A DNA stretch of 64,000 nucleotides from Candidatus Binatia bacterium (GTDB lineage: Bacteria; Desulfobacterota; Binatia; DP-6). The notes beneath the pieces are model-generated. The model had not been told where the DNA came from, did not search any database, and worked only from the letters and a program-made list of their open reading frames with translations. This document shows positions 46,265-56,550 of this stretch, piece by piece; position 1 is the first letter of the stretch; each line of letters starts with the position of its first letter. Both the position numbers and the translations under genes were made by a program. Location of the stretch: positions 74,677 through 138,676 of the forward strand of contig DATGIZ010000035.1 in NCBI GenBank assembly GCA_035295465.1, given 5' to 3'.

Positions 46265-46909
46265 TCAGCGCGCCGCGCCGGCCGGTTTCGCGCGGTCGCC
46301 GCGGATCGCGGCCGCGAGCCGGTGGGCGGTCTCGCCGAGCGCCCCGTCGAGGATCTCGCGCCGCGTCATCCAGCGCCCGCCGCCCTGGACGAAGCGGGGA
46401 AGGTCGAGCAGGTTCGCGGTGAGCGGCTGCTGCGTGTAGTCGAACTGGTCGGTGGCGACCACCGCGCCGTCGGGCACGCGCACCAGCTCGACCTGATAGG
46501 CCACGGACGCGGGCGAACGCGCCCCGACCGCCGTTCCCTCCCGTTCGACGTACCGCAGCACCGCGCCCAGGACGGCGAGGTTCGCCCCGGCGCGCGCCGC
46601 CGCCCGCGCCGCGCTCGCGGCGTCCTGCGTCGCCTCCGGCCCGACCCGCAGATCGGCCACCGCGATGCCCGTCTTGGCCAGCTCCGCCGCGAGCGTGTCC
46701 GCCGCCGTGGCGCCGAGGTCGTCGGGCATCGACGCGGCGTCGCGCCAGCGCACGAACGCACCCGTGGGCGCGAGCGAGCCGCCGAGGCCGAACGGCAGCA
46801 CGAGGACCCGCGGCGGCGCCGTCAGCGCCACGCCCGGCGCGGCGCCGCCCTGATGTGGCCCGCAGGCGGCGACGGAGGCGAGGAGGAGCAGGGCCCAGGC
46901 GGTGCGCAT
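46265..46909 (-). CDS. hypothetical lipoprotein
   Basis: Signal/lipobox LLLASVAACG; sits within the frame of a longer artefactual ORF. Confidence 0.45.
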   Translation of the reverse strand: MRTAWALLLLASVAACGPHQGGAAPGVALTAPPRVLVLPFGLGGSLAPTGAFVRWRDAASMPDDLGATAADTLAAELAKTGIAVADLRVGPEATQDAASAARAAARAGANLAVLGAVLRYVEREGTAVGARSPASVAYQVELVRVPDGAVVATDQFDYTQQPLTANLLDLPRFVQGGGRWMTRREILDGALGETAHRLAAAIRGDRAKPAGAAR

Positions 46910-46919
46910 GCGCCCGCGT

Positions 46920-47606
46920 CTACCCGATGCGTCCCGCGGCGTCGACGGAGCCCCCGGCGGGCGCGGCGAGACCCGTCGGACACCGTACCCCGGTGCCGCC
47001 GAGGCCGCAGTAGCCTCCGGGATTCTTGGCCAGGTACTGCTGGTGGTAGTCCTCGGCGTAGTAGAACGCCGGGGCGGCGACGATCTCGGTCGTGATCGCG
47101 CCGTGGCCCGCGGCCGCGAGCGCCTGCTGGTAGGCCGTGCGCGAGGCCTCCGCGGCGCGCCGCTGGGCCGTCGAGTGACAGTAGATCGCCGAGCGGTACT
47201 GCGTGCCGACGTCGTTACCCTGCCGCATCCCCTGGGTGGGGTCGTGGCTCTCCCAGAACAGACGCAGGAGCGCCTCGTAGCCGGTGCGCGCCGGGTCGAA
47301 GACCACCCGGACCACCTCGGCGTGCCCCGTGCGCCCGGAGCACACCTCCTCGTAGGTGGGGTTCGGCGTGAAGCCACCGGCGTAGCCCACCGCGGTCGTG
47401 AACACGCCCGGCGCCTGCCAGAACTTCCGCTCCGCCCCCCAGAAGCAGCCCATCGCGAACGTCGCGATCTCGAGCCCGGCGGGAAACGGCGGCGCCATCG
47501 GCGCGTCGAGCACCGCGTGTCGCGGCGCCACCGCCATCGGCTGCGAGCGGCCGGGAAGCGCTTCCTCTCGGGTGGGCATCTTCGGCGGACCCGCGTGCAG
47601 CAGCAT
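46920..47606 (-). CDS. msrA: peptide-methionine (S)-S-oxide reductase MsrA
   Basis: GCFWG active site and conserved MsrA core. Confidence 0.9.
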   Translation of the reverse strand: MLLHAGPPKMPTREEALPGRSQPMAVAPRHAVLDAPMAPPFPAGLEIATFAMGCFWGAERKFWQAPGVFTTAVGYAGGFTPNPTYEEVCSGRTGHAEVVRVVFDPARTGYEALLRLFWESHDPTQGMRQGNDVGTQYRSAIYCHSTAQRRAAEASRTAYQQALAAAGHGAITTEIVAAPAFYYAEDYHQQYLAKNPGGYCGLGGTGVRCPTGLAAPAGGSVDAAGRIG

Positions 47607-47637
47607 GGCGGAACCTTATCAGCTAAAGGGCGCGCGG

Positions 47638-50538
47638 TCACGACGACGCGCCCGCCGCCCCGAGCGTGACGCGCACCGCGGCGGGCTCTCCGTCGGGCTC
47701 GGCCCCCGGCTCCGTCTGGGCGATGCGCCCGGGCTCGATGCCGTGGCGGTCGCGGAGCAGGGCGGTGACGCGCTCGAGGCGCGCGGCGGCGAGCGCGCGC
47801 AGCTCGGCGGGCGGCGGCGGCGGGCGCTCGGCGAGCCAGCGCTCGAGGGCGGCCGCGTCGTCCGGATCGAGCTTCCCCTCCTGGTCGCGGGCGCGTGCCT
47901 CGAGCGCGGCCGCGACCCGCTGCCGCACGCCGCGCTCGCCGAGCGTCCGCAGCGTACCGAGCACACCCTGCGGCGCCGTGAGCTCGGCCCGCAGCGCCTG
48001 CTCGCGCAACCAGCGCGCGTCCTGGACGCTCGGCGCCGCGGCCAGCGTCACGCCGACGCCGGGGCGGCTCGCGAGGAAGGCGGCGAGCTGGCTCACCTGC
48101 TCCGTGCCTTCGGGCGTCAGCTCAGCACGGCCGGGGCGAAAGACGATCGGTGCGGGCGCAACCGTCTGTCCCTCCCCGCCGCCGAGCACCGCGCCCACGA
48201 GCTTGAGCGGGGAGGCGAGCGCGTTCACGAGCGCCCGGCGCAGCGCCTGCCCGACCACGGCGAGCGCGTCGACCCTGGTGCCCGCGGCGTCGTACGCCAC
48301 GGGCACGTCGAGCGCGATGTCGCCGTGCACGTCGCGCATCAGCGCGAGCGCCATCGACAAGGGAATGCCGAACTGCTGCTCGAACAGCGGGTCGCCGGCG
48401 CGGCTGGCGAGGTCGAAACCGTGGAGCGTGAGCGCCGTGTCGGCGTCGTAGCGGCCCGCGCCGAAGGTGGCCTTCGCCGACAGCGACAGGCGGCCCTTGC
48501 CGATGCTGTAAGGCGAGAAGGCGGTGGCGTACGGGTTGAAGGGGCGCAGCGCGATCTGGCGGCCGTTCACCTCGAGGCGGCCCCCGCTCGGCGCGAGCGA
48601 GCCCGTCACCTCGATGCGCCCCTTCTCCGCGCCGGTCGCCTCGAAGCGCAGGCGCCGCATGGCGAGCGCGGGCCAGCGCAGGTCGTCGACCTCGAGGGCA
48701 AGCGCGGCGAGCGCTCCCTCGTAGAAGGGCCTAACCGTGCGATCGGTCACGGCGACGTAGCCGTCGGTCACGCGCACTCGACCGGCGCTCACCTCGACGA
48801 GGGGCGAGGCGATGGGCGGCGCGGGCGGTGCGTCGGCTGGCGCCGGCGGCGGCGCCTTCGCGGGGCCGAGCGGCGGCAGGACGAGACCCGCGGCCGTGCG
48901 GGTAAGCCGCGCGTAGGGCGCTGCGAGCGAGAGCGCGGCGAGCCGCACGCCGATCGCACGGCCCGGCACCTCGCCGGCGCCAAGAAGGCCCGGGACGTCC
49001 ACGTCGTCGATGCGGACGTCGAGCGACCGTGCCCCGACGGCGAACTCGTGCGCGTCGGCCGCCGCCAGCCACGGCTCGCCGAGCGTCACCGTCCCCTGCA
49101 CGCGCACGTCCCCCGGGGTCGGGGCCGCCACCCCCGCGGCGACGCGGAGATCCGCGGCGAGCTGGCCCTTCTGCAGCACGCCGGGCGCGAGCGCGCCCAG
49201 CGCGGCGACCAGCGGCGGGAGATCGAGCCGGTCGACCCTGACGGCGCCGTCGAAGCCCACCGGCGCCACCCGCAGCTCGCCGTCGACGGCGACGGAGCCG
49301 TCGCCGGCCCCGAGCGCCAGCTTCAGGTGCGCGGGCGCCGCGCTCTCGTCGCCGGCGAGGCCCCGCGCGTCGAGCCCGACGGCGACGTCGAGGGGCGCCG
49401 CGGCGAGCACGTGCACGCGCCCGTCGGTCACGGCGAGCGCATCGACCGCCCAGTGCCACGGCGTAGCCGGCGCGGCCGCCGGCGCGCCGGCCGGCGCGCT
49501 CGCGGACCGGGCGCCGGCGAGCAGCGGCAGCGGCGCTGCGTCCCCGGGGCGGACCGCGATCGTCGCGCCCCGAAGGTCGACCTCCCGCAGCGCGAGCCGC
49601 CGCGCATCGAGGTCGAGGGTGGCGATCCGCAGCGCGAGCCGCTCCCAGGCGAGCGCCGGCTCGTCGAGCCCCGGCACGTCGACGGCGACGCCCGTGAGCC
49701 ATACGGCGCCGCTCAACGCGTTGCGCTTGCCGGTCGTGAAGCGCTCGCGCAGCGCCGCCGCCAGCTCGCCACGCAGGCCCCGCCAGCCGACGTGCGGGAC
49801 GTAGACCCGCGCGCGCCGCAGCGGGAGCCGCTTCGCCCGCACGTCGCCGGTGAGCGTCATCCCCCCGTCGGCCGCGAGCGCGAGGCGCGCGTCGACCCGC
49901 AGCGTCCCCCGGTCCACGGTCGCGGTGAGCCGCGCCCGCGCGGGCTCGCCGTAGAGCCCTGGCCGGACCGCCACGTCGTGCACGTCGACCGCCGGCAGGC
50001 CCACCTCGAGCGGCTCGCTCTGCGGTGTGGCGAGGTCGCGAAAGAGGATGCGGCCGTCGCGCACCGCGAGCCGATCGATGCCGACCGCCCAGCCGCCGCC
50101 CGGGGCCGGCGGCGGCGTGCCCGCCGGCGCGGGCGAGCCGGCGGGCACGAGCGCCGCCAGGTTGAGCGTGCCGTCCGCGCGGCGCTCGAGCGCGACGCGC
50201 GCGCCGTCGAGCTCGAGCGCCCGCAGCCGCACCGTCCGCCGCATCAGCGGCAGCCAGCGCACCGAGAGCACGAGCCGCTTCCAGGCGACCAACACCGGCT
50301 CGTCCGCGGCGCCCGGCGCCGCCGCCGGGCGCACCGCGACGTCGTCGAGCGCGATCGCGCCGCGCAGCAGCGCCAGGTCGACGTCGCCGATCGTGACGCG
50401 CGCGCGGAGCGCCTTCGACGCCTGCGCGGCGAGCACGCGGCGGACTACGTCGGGCAGGAGCGCCCGCACCCCGAGCGCGAGGACGAGCAGCACGAGCAGC
50501 CGCCGGCGGACGGGTCGCGCGGTCCCGGCCCTGGGCAC
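47638..50538 (-). CDS. DUF748/AsmA-like large envelope protein
   Basis: N-terminal TM anchor; a long repetitive beta-rich body; a C-terminal DUF748-like region; GTG start. Confidence 0.65.
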   Translation of the reverse strand: MPRAGTARPVRRRLLVLLVLALGVRALLPDVVRRVLAAQASKALRARVTIGDVDLALLRGAIALDDVAVRPAAAPGAADEPVLVAWKRLVLSVRWLPLMRRTVRLRALELDGARVALERRADGTLNLAALVPAGSPAPAGTPPPAPGGGWAVGIDRLAVRDGRILFRDLATPQSEPLEVGLPAVDVHDVAVRPGLYGEPARARLTATVDRGTLRVDARLALAADGGMTLTGDVRAKRLPLRRARVYVPHVGWRGLRGELAAALRERFTTGKRNALSGAVWLTGVAVDVPGLDEPALAWERLALRIATLDLDARRLALREVDLRGATIAVRPGDAAPLPLLAGARSASAPAGAPAAAPATPWHWAVDALAVTDGRVHVLAAAPLDVAVGLDARGLAGDESAAPAHLKLALGAGDGSVAVDGELRVAPVGFDGAVRVDRLDLPPLVAALGALAPGVLQKGQLAADLRVAAGVAAPTPGDVRVQGTVTLGEPWLAAADAHEFAVGARSLDVRIDDVDVPGLLGAGEVPGRAIGVRLAALSLAAPYARLTRTAAGLVLPPLGPAKAPPPAPADAPPAPPIASPLVEVSAGRVRVTDGYVAVTDRTVRPFYEGALAALALEVDDLRWPALAMRRLRFEATGAEKGRIEVTGSLAPSGGRLEVNGRQIALRPFNPYATAFSPYSIGKGRLSLSAKATFGAGRYDADTALTLHGFDLASRAGDPLFEQQFGIPLSMALALMRDVHGDIALDVPVAYDAAGTRVDALAVVGQALRRALVNALASPLKLVGAVLGGGEGQTVAPAPIVFRPGRAELTPEGTEQVSQLAAFLASRPGVGVTLAAAPSVQDARWLREQALRAELTAPQGVLGTLRTLGERGVRQRVAAALEARARDQEGKLDPDDAAALERWLAERPPPPPAELRALAAARLERVTALLRDRHGIEPGRIAQTEPGAEPDGEPAAVRVTLGAAGASS

Positions 50539-50547
50539 TCGCGCTAG

Positions 50548-51189
50548 CTAGTGCGCGCCCCCCCCGCCCGTCAACGGGGGCGGGCGACGCCCCGCCGCCA
50601 GTGCCCGCCGGCCGGCCGGGGTGCCGACGCCGCGCAGGAAGACGTCCACCACCGCCGCCGCCAGCGCATCGAGGGTGTCGTCCTTGGTCCGATGGCGGTT
50701 CGCGCCGCGCACCATGCCGAGCAGCATCTCGGCCGCCAGCCGCGCGTCGCCGCCGCGGATCTGTCCCGCGGCCGTCGCCTCCTCGAGCACCTGCTGCACG
50801 AGTCGCGACAAGGCCACGCGGTGCCGCCGCCACGCCCGCGCATGGGCATCCGGCGGCTGCTCGCCCCAGTGGACGAGCGCGAAGAACCGGCGTCGGTCCC
50901 AGAAGTAGGCGAGCAGCCCGCGCACGATCTGTCCGATCCGGCCGCCGGGCGTGGGCTCCGCCGCGACCGCGGCCTCGAGATCCTGCCGCAATCGGCCTAT
51001 GCCGGCGAGCACCACCGCGACGTAGAGCTGCCGCTTGCCGGGGAAGTAGCGGTAGAGCGTGCCCTTGCCGACGCCCGACGCCCCGGCGACCTCGTCCATC
51101 GCGACCTCGTGGTAGTCGCGCCGGCTGAAGATCGGCTCGGCGGCGCGCAGGATGCTCTCCCGCAGGCCGGGCGTGGGCGGCCGGCTCAC
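50548..51189 (-). CDS. TetR/AcrR family transcriptional regulator
   Basis: HTH YHEVAMDEVAGASGVGKGTLYRYF. Confidence 0.85.
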   Translation of the reverse strand: MSRPPTPGLRESILRAAEPIFSRRDYHEVAMDEVAGASGVGKGTLYRYFPGKRQLYVAVVLAGIGRLRQDLEAAVAAEPTPGGRIGQIVRGLLAYFWDRRRFFALVHWGEQPPDAHARAWRRHRVALSRLVQQVLEEATAAGQIRGGDARLAAEMLLGMVRGANRHRTKDDTLDALAAAVVDVFLRGVGTPAGRRALAAGRRPPPLTGGGGAH

Positions 51190-51281
51190 CGGACGACATC
51201 AAGCGGTTCCCCGCGCGCTGTCAAGCTCGCGCCGCGGGCGACCCCCGGCTGGCACGGCGCTCCGTGCTCGTCTACCTGTGG

Positions 51282-51854
51282 ATGCCCGTGCCGCCCCGGT
51301 CAACGCGTGAGCGCCCCTCCTCGTCAAAGGGAGCAGTGCGGGTCGTCCAGCCGCAGCCGTCGTACGAGGAGCTGCACCGCGGCCAGGCCGCGCGGATCCG
51401 GCGGCTCTGTCGTCTGCTCCTGGTGGACCCGGACGAGGCCGAGGAGGTCGCCCAGGACGTGTTCGTGAAGCTGTTCCGGGCGCGCCAGGGAGGCGCGCCG
51501 GCGGCCTGGGACCGGTGGGTCACGCGCGTCGCGGTCAACGCGTGCCGCGACCGCCGCCGCTCCCGCTGGTGGCGCTGGTGGGGGCGCGGATGGCGCGCGC
51601 TGGACGAGGAGGACCTCGCCGCCGCGGGGCAGACCCCGGAGGAAGCGGTGGTGGCGCTCGAGGAGCGCCGCCGCATCTGGACCGCGTTTCGCAAGCTGCC
51701 GCGCCGCCAGCGGGAGGTCTTCCTGCTCCGTCACGTCGAGGGCTGGTCGACGGCCGAGGTCGCCGAGACCCTGGGCGTCGCCGAGGGGAGCGCGAAGCGC
51801 CACCTGTTCCGCGCCGTGCGCCAACTCCGCCGCGAGCTCGGAGGAGAGCCATGA
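51282..51854 (+). CDS. ECF subfamily sigma-70 factor
   Basis: EEVAQDVFVKLFRA (region 2) and WSTAEVAETLGVAEGSAKRHLFRAVRQL (region 4). Confidence 0.8.
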   Translation: MPVPPRSTRERPSSSKGAVRVVQPQPSYEELHRGQAARIRRLCRLLLVDPDEAEEVAQDVFVKLFRARQGGAPAAWDRWVTRVAVNACRDRRRSRWWRWWGRGWRALDEEDLAAAGQTPEEAVVALEERRRIWTAFRKLPRRQREVFLLRHVEGWSTAEVAETLGVAEGSAKRHLFRAVRQLRRELGGEP

Positions 51855-52324
51855 CCGACGCCACGATCGCGTGCCTGTCCGAGCGCATGCTGCTCGCCCT
51901 CGCCGAGGGCGACGGCGACCGCGAGGCGCAGGCCCACCTCCGCGGCTGCGTGCTCTGCGCGGGCCGCTTCCGGCGCCTGTCGGGCGACATCGCGCGCATC
52001 GCGCGCGTCCTGCGCGAGCCCCCGCCCCGTCCCCTTTCGCACCGCGCGCCGCGCTGGCTGCCGGCGGTGGCGGCGGTCGCCACCGCGGCGGCGCTGCTCG
52101 GAACGCTCCTCCTGCCGCGTTACGGCGCTCCGCCGGCGGCCGGCGGCCGGCCCGCCACCGACCCGCTGCCGGCGGAAGTCCTCGCGCGCGGCGAGGCGGA
52201 GCCTGTCGCCCTGCGCCGGGCCGACAACGACCTTTTGGCCGCGGCCCTCGAGGAGCCGTTCCCCTGCGAGTGGTCCGAGGGTGGTTGCGACGACGACACC
52301 GACCCCGCGTTCGGCGGGGAGTGA
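51851..52324 (+). CDS. anti-sigma factor (zf-HC2 type) with one TM segment
   Basis: The ATG overlaps the sigma stop; HLRGCVLCAGRF zinc-finger motif; TM helix WLPAVAAVATAAALLGTLLL. Confidence 0.7.
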   Translation: MTDATIACLSERMLLALAEGDGDREAQAHLRGCVLCAGRFRRLSGDIARIARVLREPPPRPLSHRAPRWLPAVAAVATAAALLGTLLLPRYGAPPAAGGRPATDPLPAEVLARGEAEPVALRRADNDLLAAALEEPFPCEWSEGGCDDDTDPAFGGE

Positions 52325-52341
52325 AGCCAGGAGAGAGACCG

Positions 52342-52836
52342 ATGACCGCACGATGGAAGGCCTTGGCCGCCGGGCTCGCGCTCGCCGGCTGTGTCACGAC
52401 CGTGCTCGCGCACGGCCTCGGCAGGGGCTTCGACCCGGAGATGATGGGCGGCGATCGGCCCGGGATGCTCTTCCCGATGCTGCTGCGGGCGCTCGACCTC
52501 ACCGCGGCGCAGAAGGCCCAGGTCCACGCGGTCATGGAGCGGCACCGGCCGACGCTCGAGTCGCTGTTCGGGCAGATGCACGCGGCCAACGACGCGCTCG
52601 CCGCCAAGCTGCTCGCGCCGGGCCCCGTGCAGGCGGCGGACCTCGCGCCCAACGTGCAGCAGGTCGCCGCACTCCGCCAGCAGCTCACCCAGGAATGGGT
52701 GACAGCGGCGCTCGATCTGCGCGGGATCCTCACCGCCGCGCAGCTCGCCAAGGCCGCCGAGGTCCACCAGCGTCTCGGCGCCCTGCGCGCCCAGATGCAG
52801 CAGCTCTTCGCCGGCGAGAAGGCCGGACAGGACTGA
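52342..52836 (+). CDS. periplasmic Spy/CpxP-like (LTXXQ motif) protein
   Basis: Signal peptide; two LTAAQ motifs; a helical protein. Confidence 0.62.
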   Translation: MTARWKALAAGLALAGCVTTVLAHGLGRGFDPEMMGGDRPGMLFPMLLRALDLTAAQKAQVHAVMERHRPTLESLFGQMHAANDALAAKLLAPGPVQAADLAPNVQQVAALRQQLTQEWVTAALDLRGILTAAQLAKAAEVHQRLGALRAQMQQLFAGEKAGQD

Positions 52837-53274
52837 ATGGGGCTGCTCGAGCCGGCGCGGGAAGGAGCGGCGCCGTTCACGCCCCAGATCGTGCTCCCCG
52901 CCCAGCTCGCCCCGCGGTCCCGGGCGGGCTTGCAGCCGGAGTGCCGCCTCATGCTCGCGGTCCTCGAGGACGCGGTGTGGACGCTGCTCCGCTCGCCGCG
53001 CGGCGGCCCCGGGAACGAGCGGCTCGCCGCCGAGGCCGAGGAGTGGCTCGCGTCGGACGACACGGCCGGGCCCTTCACCTTCGTCAACGTCTGCCACGCG
53101 CTCGACCTCGAGGTGGGGAGCGTCCGCGCCGCCGTGGCGCGCGAGCGGCTCGCCGTCGCCGCCGGAGCGGGCGCGCGCGCCCGGCCCTCGCCTTTCCGCC
53201 GCATGACCGGCGGTCGGGGTCTCGCGGTCCCGCGCGCGCGGCGGCGGGGACACGGGGCCTCACCCCGGCGGTGA
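52837..53274 (+). CDS. hypothetical protein
   Basis: The ATG abuts the upstream stop; no domain recognised. Confidence 0.3.
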   Translation: MGLLEPAREGAAPFTPQIVLPAQLAPRSRAGLQPECRLMLAVLEDAVWTLLRSPRGGPGNERLAAEAEEWLASDDTAGPFTFVNVCHALDLEVGSVRAAVARERLAVAAGAGARARPSPFRRMTGGRGLAVPRARRRGHGASPRR

Positions 53275-54771
53275 GGCGCAGACGTCGCGCCAGCCGTGCG
53301 CGCGCAGGTACGCGCGCAGCTCCGGGGAGCGGGTCGAGACGGGCGGCACGTAGGTGCCCACGCGCGTGCGCGCCCACCAGTCGGGGCTCCCTTCGCCGGG
53401 CCGCGTGAACCGATAGCGGTAGAGCTCGGCACGCACCCAGCGCGGAGGTGCGGCAGCGAAGGGATCGACCGCGAACAGGCTGCGCACCCCGGGGGCGCCG
53501 CAGAGCAGATCGAAGACGAGGTGGAGGAGCCACGGCTCGCGCTCGACGGAAGACATCGCCGCGAACCACATCTGCCAGTCGAGCCGATAGTGATACGGGG
53601 AGATGACGCAGGGACGGCGGTGCACGTCCCCCGGCTTGCACGGCAGCTCGTACTCCTGCCAGCGCGTGTCGGGCCCCACGCGTTCGTCGCGCGTCCCCTC
53701 GAGGATCACCTCGTCGCGGACCCGCCCGACGCTGCCGAACGCCCCGTAGGTGTTGACCAGATGGAGCGGGTCGAACGAGGCGTTCATCGCCTGCCGAGGT
53801 GAGAGCAGGTTGCGCACCGGCGCGACGCTGAGCACGGTGACCAGCGCGGCGAGCGCCCACGCCGTCCCGCGATGCGCGCGCGACGGGACGGCGTCCGACG
53901 TGCGGGCCGCGATCCACGCCCGCAGGCGCCGGGGGCAGAGGCGACCGAGCGCGCCGTCGTCGAAGCAGGCAAGCGCGGGCACGATCGTGAGCCAGTTGAG
54001 GAACGAGAGGTTGCCGCTGGCGATCAGCGTGGCCTGGAAGGCCACCAGCAGGATGCCGGCCACGGTACGCAGCCGGCGCGGCCCGAAGACGAACCAGGGC
54101 ACGACCAGCTCGACGAGGAAGTTGAACAGCGCGCCCACGACCGCGAGCCAGCGCGGCTCGGCCGCCAGCAGCCAGCTCACCGGGTTCGGAACGGGCTGCG
54201 TCTCGTAGTGCCAGACGAGGCAGGTGAGCCGCCGCCAGCACGGATCGCCGCGCAGCTTGATGAGGCCGGCGCCGAGCATGATGCGCGCGATCAGCCAGCG
54301 CAGCAGCCAGACGACGACCGCCGGCGGCGGCGAGCTGAACGGCCCGAGCGTCCGCATCGGGCAGAGGAAGACCGCGAGGAAGCCGGTCTCGCAGAGCTGG
54401 GTCTCCCATCCGTAGCCCCAGAAGACCTGACCGACCTGCACGAACGACAGGTAGAGGGCCCAGAGCGCGAGCTGGAGAAGCGCGTTGGTCACGCCGAGAA
54501 GCGCGGCCAGCGAGAGCCCGAGCCCGAGCCAGGCCGCGGCGCGCAGCGTCGCGTCCGAGCAGTCGATCCAGAAGAGCGTCGGCAGCTCGAGGTAGGCCCG
54601 CGCGCCGAGCGCGTCGTGCACCCGGGCGAGGTAGGCCGCCGCGGGCAGGAGCCCGCCGCTGCCGAGCAGCGGCGGACCCTGGCGCACCAGCACGAGGAAC
54701 GCGACCGCGTAGACGAGCCCGAGCAGCCGCAGGACGGCGAAGCGGGTGAGCACGTATGCGCGCGCCGGCAT
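53260..54771 (-). CDS. lipase maturation factor (LMF/HTTM-like) family integral membrane protein
   Basis: Multi-TM N-terminal half with an HTTM-like pattern; a conserved C-terminal LMF-like region (YHYRLDWQMWFAA). Confidence 0.65.
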   Translation of the reverse strand: MPARAYVLTRFAVLRLLGLVYAVAFLVLVRQGPPLLGSGGLLPAAAYLARVHDALGARAYLELPTLFWIDCSDATLRAAAWLGLGLSLAALLGVTNALLQLALWALYLSFVQVGQVFWGYGWETQLCETGFLAVFLCPMRTLGPFSSPPPAVVVWLLRWLIARIMLGAGLIKLRGDPCWRRLTCLVWHYETQPVPNPVSWLLAAEPRWLAVVGALFNFLVELVVPWFVFGPRRLRTVAGILLVAFQATLIASGNLSFLNWLTIVPALACFDDGALGRLCPRRLRAWIAARTSDAVPSRAHRGTAWALAALVTVLSVAPVRNLLSPRQAMNASFDPLHLVNTYGAFGSVGRVRDEVILEGTRDERVGPDTRWQEYELPCKPGDVHRRPCVISPYHYRLDWQMWFAAMSSVEREPWLLHLVFDLLCGAPGVRSLFAVDPFAAAPPRWVRAELYRYRFTRPGEGSPDWWARTRVGTYVPPVSTRSPELRAYLRAHGWRDVCASPPG

Positions 54772-55013
54772 CGGAGCCGTGATCCGCCCTCGGGGGCGAG
54801 ATAGCGCACGGCGCGCCCGCGCGCCAAGGCGAGACGCCGCGCCGGATGCTGGCGCAGGCTCCACGCGCGCCGGCAGACGAAAGTGTTCGCATCGGCACCG
54901 CGGGCGCATGCCATCGTCAGCATTTTGCCGGCCCGCGGACCGGGGGCCTCCCGGTCCACCGGGGCGGCCGGCAGCCCCCGCGGCACAACGGTTGCACGAG
55001 GAATCCCGCACCC

Positions 55014-56519
55014 ATGGCGCTGTCCGCCGCCGCGCGCTGGTCACTCGACGAGGCGCCTGCCGAGGCGCCGGTGCCGACGGGCGCCGTGGCGCAGGCCGGT
55101 CCGCTCGCGCTCGACGATCCGCTGCTCGACCTCGCACCCGAGGCCGTCCGCACGGACGTCGATCCCGCGGCCGCCGCCTCCGCGCCGGCTGCCGAGGAGG
55201 CATCCGTCGCGCAGGCCCCGCCGTCCGAGGTCGCACGGTTGATCGCCGACCGCGACCGCCTCTTGAGCCAGGTCGCCACCCAGCTCGCGGAGCGCGCGCG
55301 CGTGGCCGCCGCGCTCGCCGCCGAGGTCGATCGCCTGCGCGGCATCCTCGAGGTGACCGAGGAGACGTGCGGCCGGCTCGCCGCCGACCTCGAGAGGGCC
55401 CGTCCCGCGGCCGCCCGCGTCGAGGAGCTCGAGGGCTCGCTCGCCGCGGCGATGGAGGAGCGCGACCGGCTGATCGCCGCGCTCGAGCGGGCGGAGGCTG
55501 CCGGCGCGGAGAAGGAGGCGCGGGCCGCCACGGCGGCGCAGGCGCAGGCGCGTGACGCGCTCTCCCAGGCCGAGAACGTCATCGCCGCGCTCGAGGAACA
55601 GCTCGCCGCCAGCCGCGCGGAGGTCGAGCGCCTGGAGGCGAACGCGCGCGAGACGCAGGCCGAGCGCACGCGTCTCGAGGGACTGCTCGCCGACGCCGAG
55701 CGGCGAGCCTCCCAGGCGCAGGCGCGCGCGACCGACCTCGAGGCCGAGGCCGCGCGCCGGGCCGCACCGCCCGCGCCCGAGGCCCCGAAGACGGCCGGCG
55801 CGGCGGCGGCCGCGGCACCGCCCGTGCCCACGGCCGTCGTGCTCGACGTCGACGCCGGCTGGGAGGCCGACGCCCCCGCCGACACGCGCGTGACGGTCGT
55901 GGATCCCGCGCGCGCCGACCTCGCCGGGCTCGCGCCCACGCTCGTGCTCGCCAACCTCGCCGCGCCCGGCGCGGCGCAAGCCCTCGTCGCGCTGCGCGCC
56001 GCCGATCCGGCGCTGCGGTTGCGCGGCTGCCTGGCACCGCCGGACGGCGGCCGCGTGCTCATGCTCGGCGCGATCGAGGTCGCCGCGCACCCGCTCGACC
56101 CGGCGCGGATCAGCGCGGCGCTCGCGCCGCACGCCACCCGTGGCACCAAGGTGCTCACCGCCGGGACGCACGCCGACGACTTCATGGCGCTCCGCCAGGC
56201 GCTCATCCAGGCGGGGATGGTCGTGTCGATGGTATGGGACTCCAAGCAGGCCGACGACCTGCTCGAGATGGTGCGGCCCGCGATCGTGGTCGTCGACCTC
56301 GCGATGCCCCGGCGCGACGGCTACGCGCTGCTCGCGCGGCTCGCCGCGCTCGCGCCCGTCCCGACCGTGCTGCTGGTCGCCGACGACGCGACCACGCACC
56401 AGGCGTTCGCGGCGCCGCTCGCCGATCCGGCGGTCCTCCAGCAGGCTCGCCCCCGCGCGCGGGCGCTCGCCGACCTGCTCGCGCCCGCTGCGCGCGCGAA
56501 GGCCGCCGCGCCGCGGTAG
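55014..56519 (+). CDS. coiled-coil protein with a C-terminal response-regulator receiver-like domain
   Basis: A long Ala/Glu/Arg-rich coiled coil; C-terminal VVVDLAMPRRDGYALLARL...LLVADD is REC-like. Confidence 0.55.
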   Translation: MALSAAARWSLDEAPAEAPVPTGAVAQAGPLALDDPLLDLAPEAVRTDVDPAAAASAPAAEEASVAQAPPSEVARLIADRDRLLSQVATQLAERARVAAALAAEVDRLRGILEVTEETCGRLAADLERARPAAARVEELEGSLAAAMEERDRLIAALERAEAAGAEKEARAATAAQAQARDALSQAENVIAALEEQLAASRAEVERLEANARETQAERTRLEGLLADAERRASQAQARATDLEAEAARRAAPPAPEAPKTAGAAAAAAPPVPTAVVLDVDAGWEADAPADTRVTVVDPARADLAGLAPTLVLANLAAPGAAQALVALRAADPALRLRGCLAPPDGGRVLMLGAIEVAAHPLDPARISAALAPHATRGTKVLTAGTHADDFMALRQALIQAGMVVSMVWDSKQADDLLEMVRPAIVVVDLAMPRRDGYALLARLAALAPVPTVLLVADDATTHQAFAAPLADPAVLQQARPRARALADLLAPAARAKAAAPR

Positions 56520-56550
56520 GCCCGCGGCCCGAGGTCGGGTGCGTGCGGTG

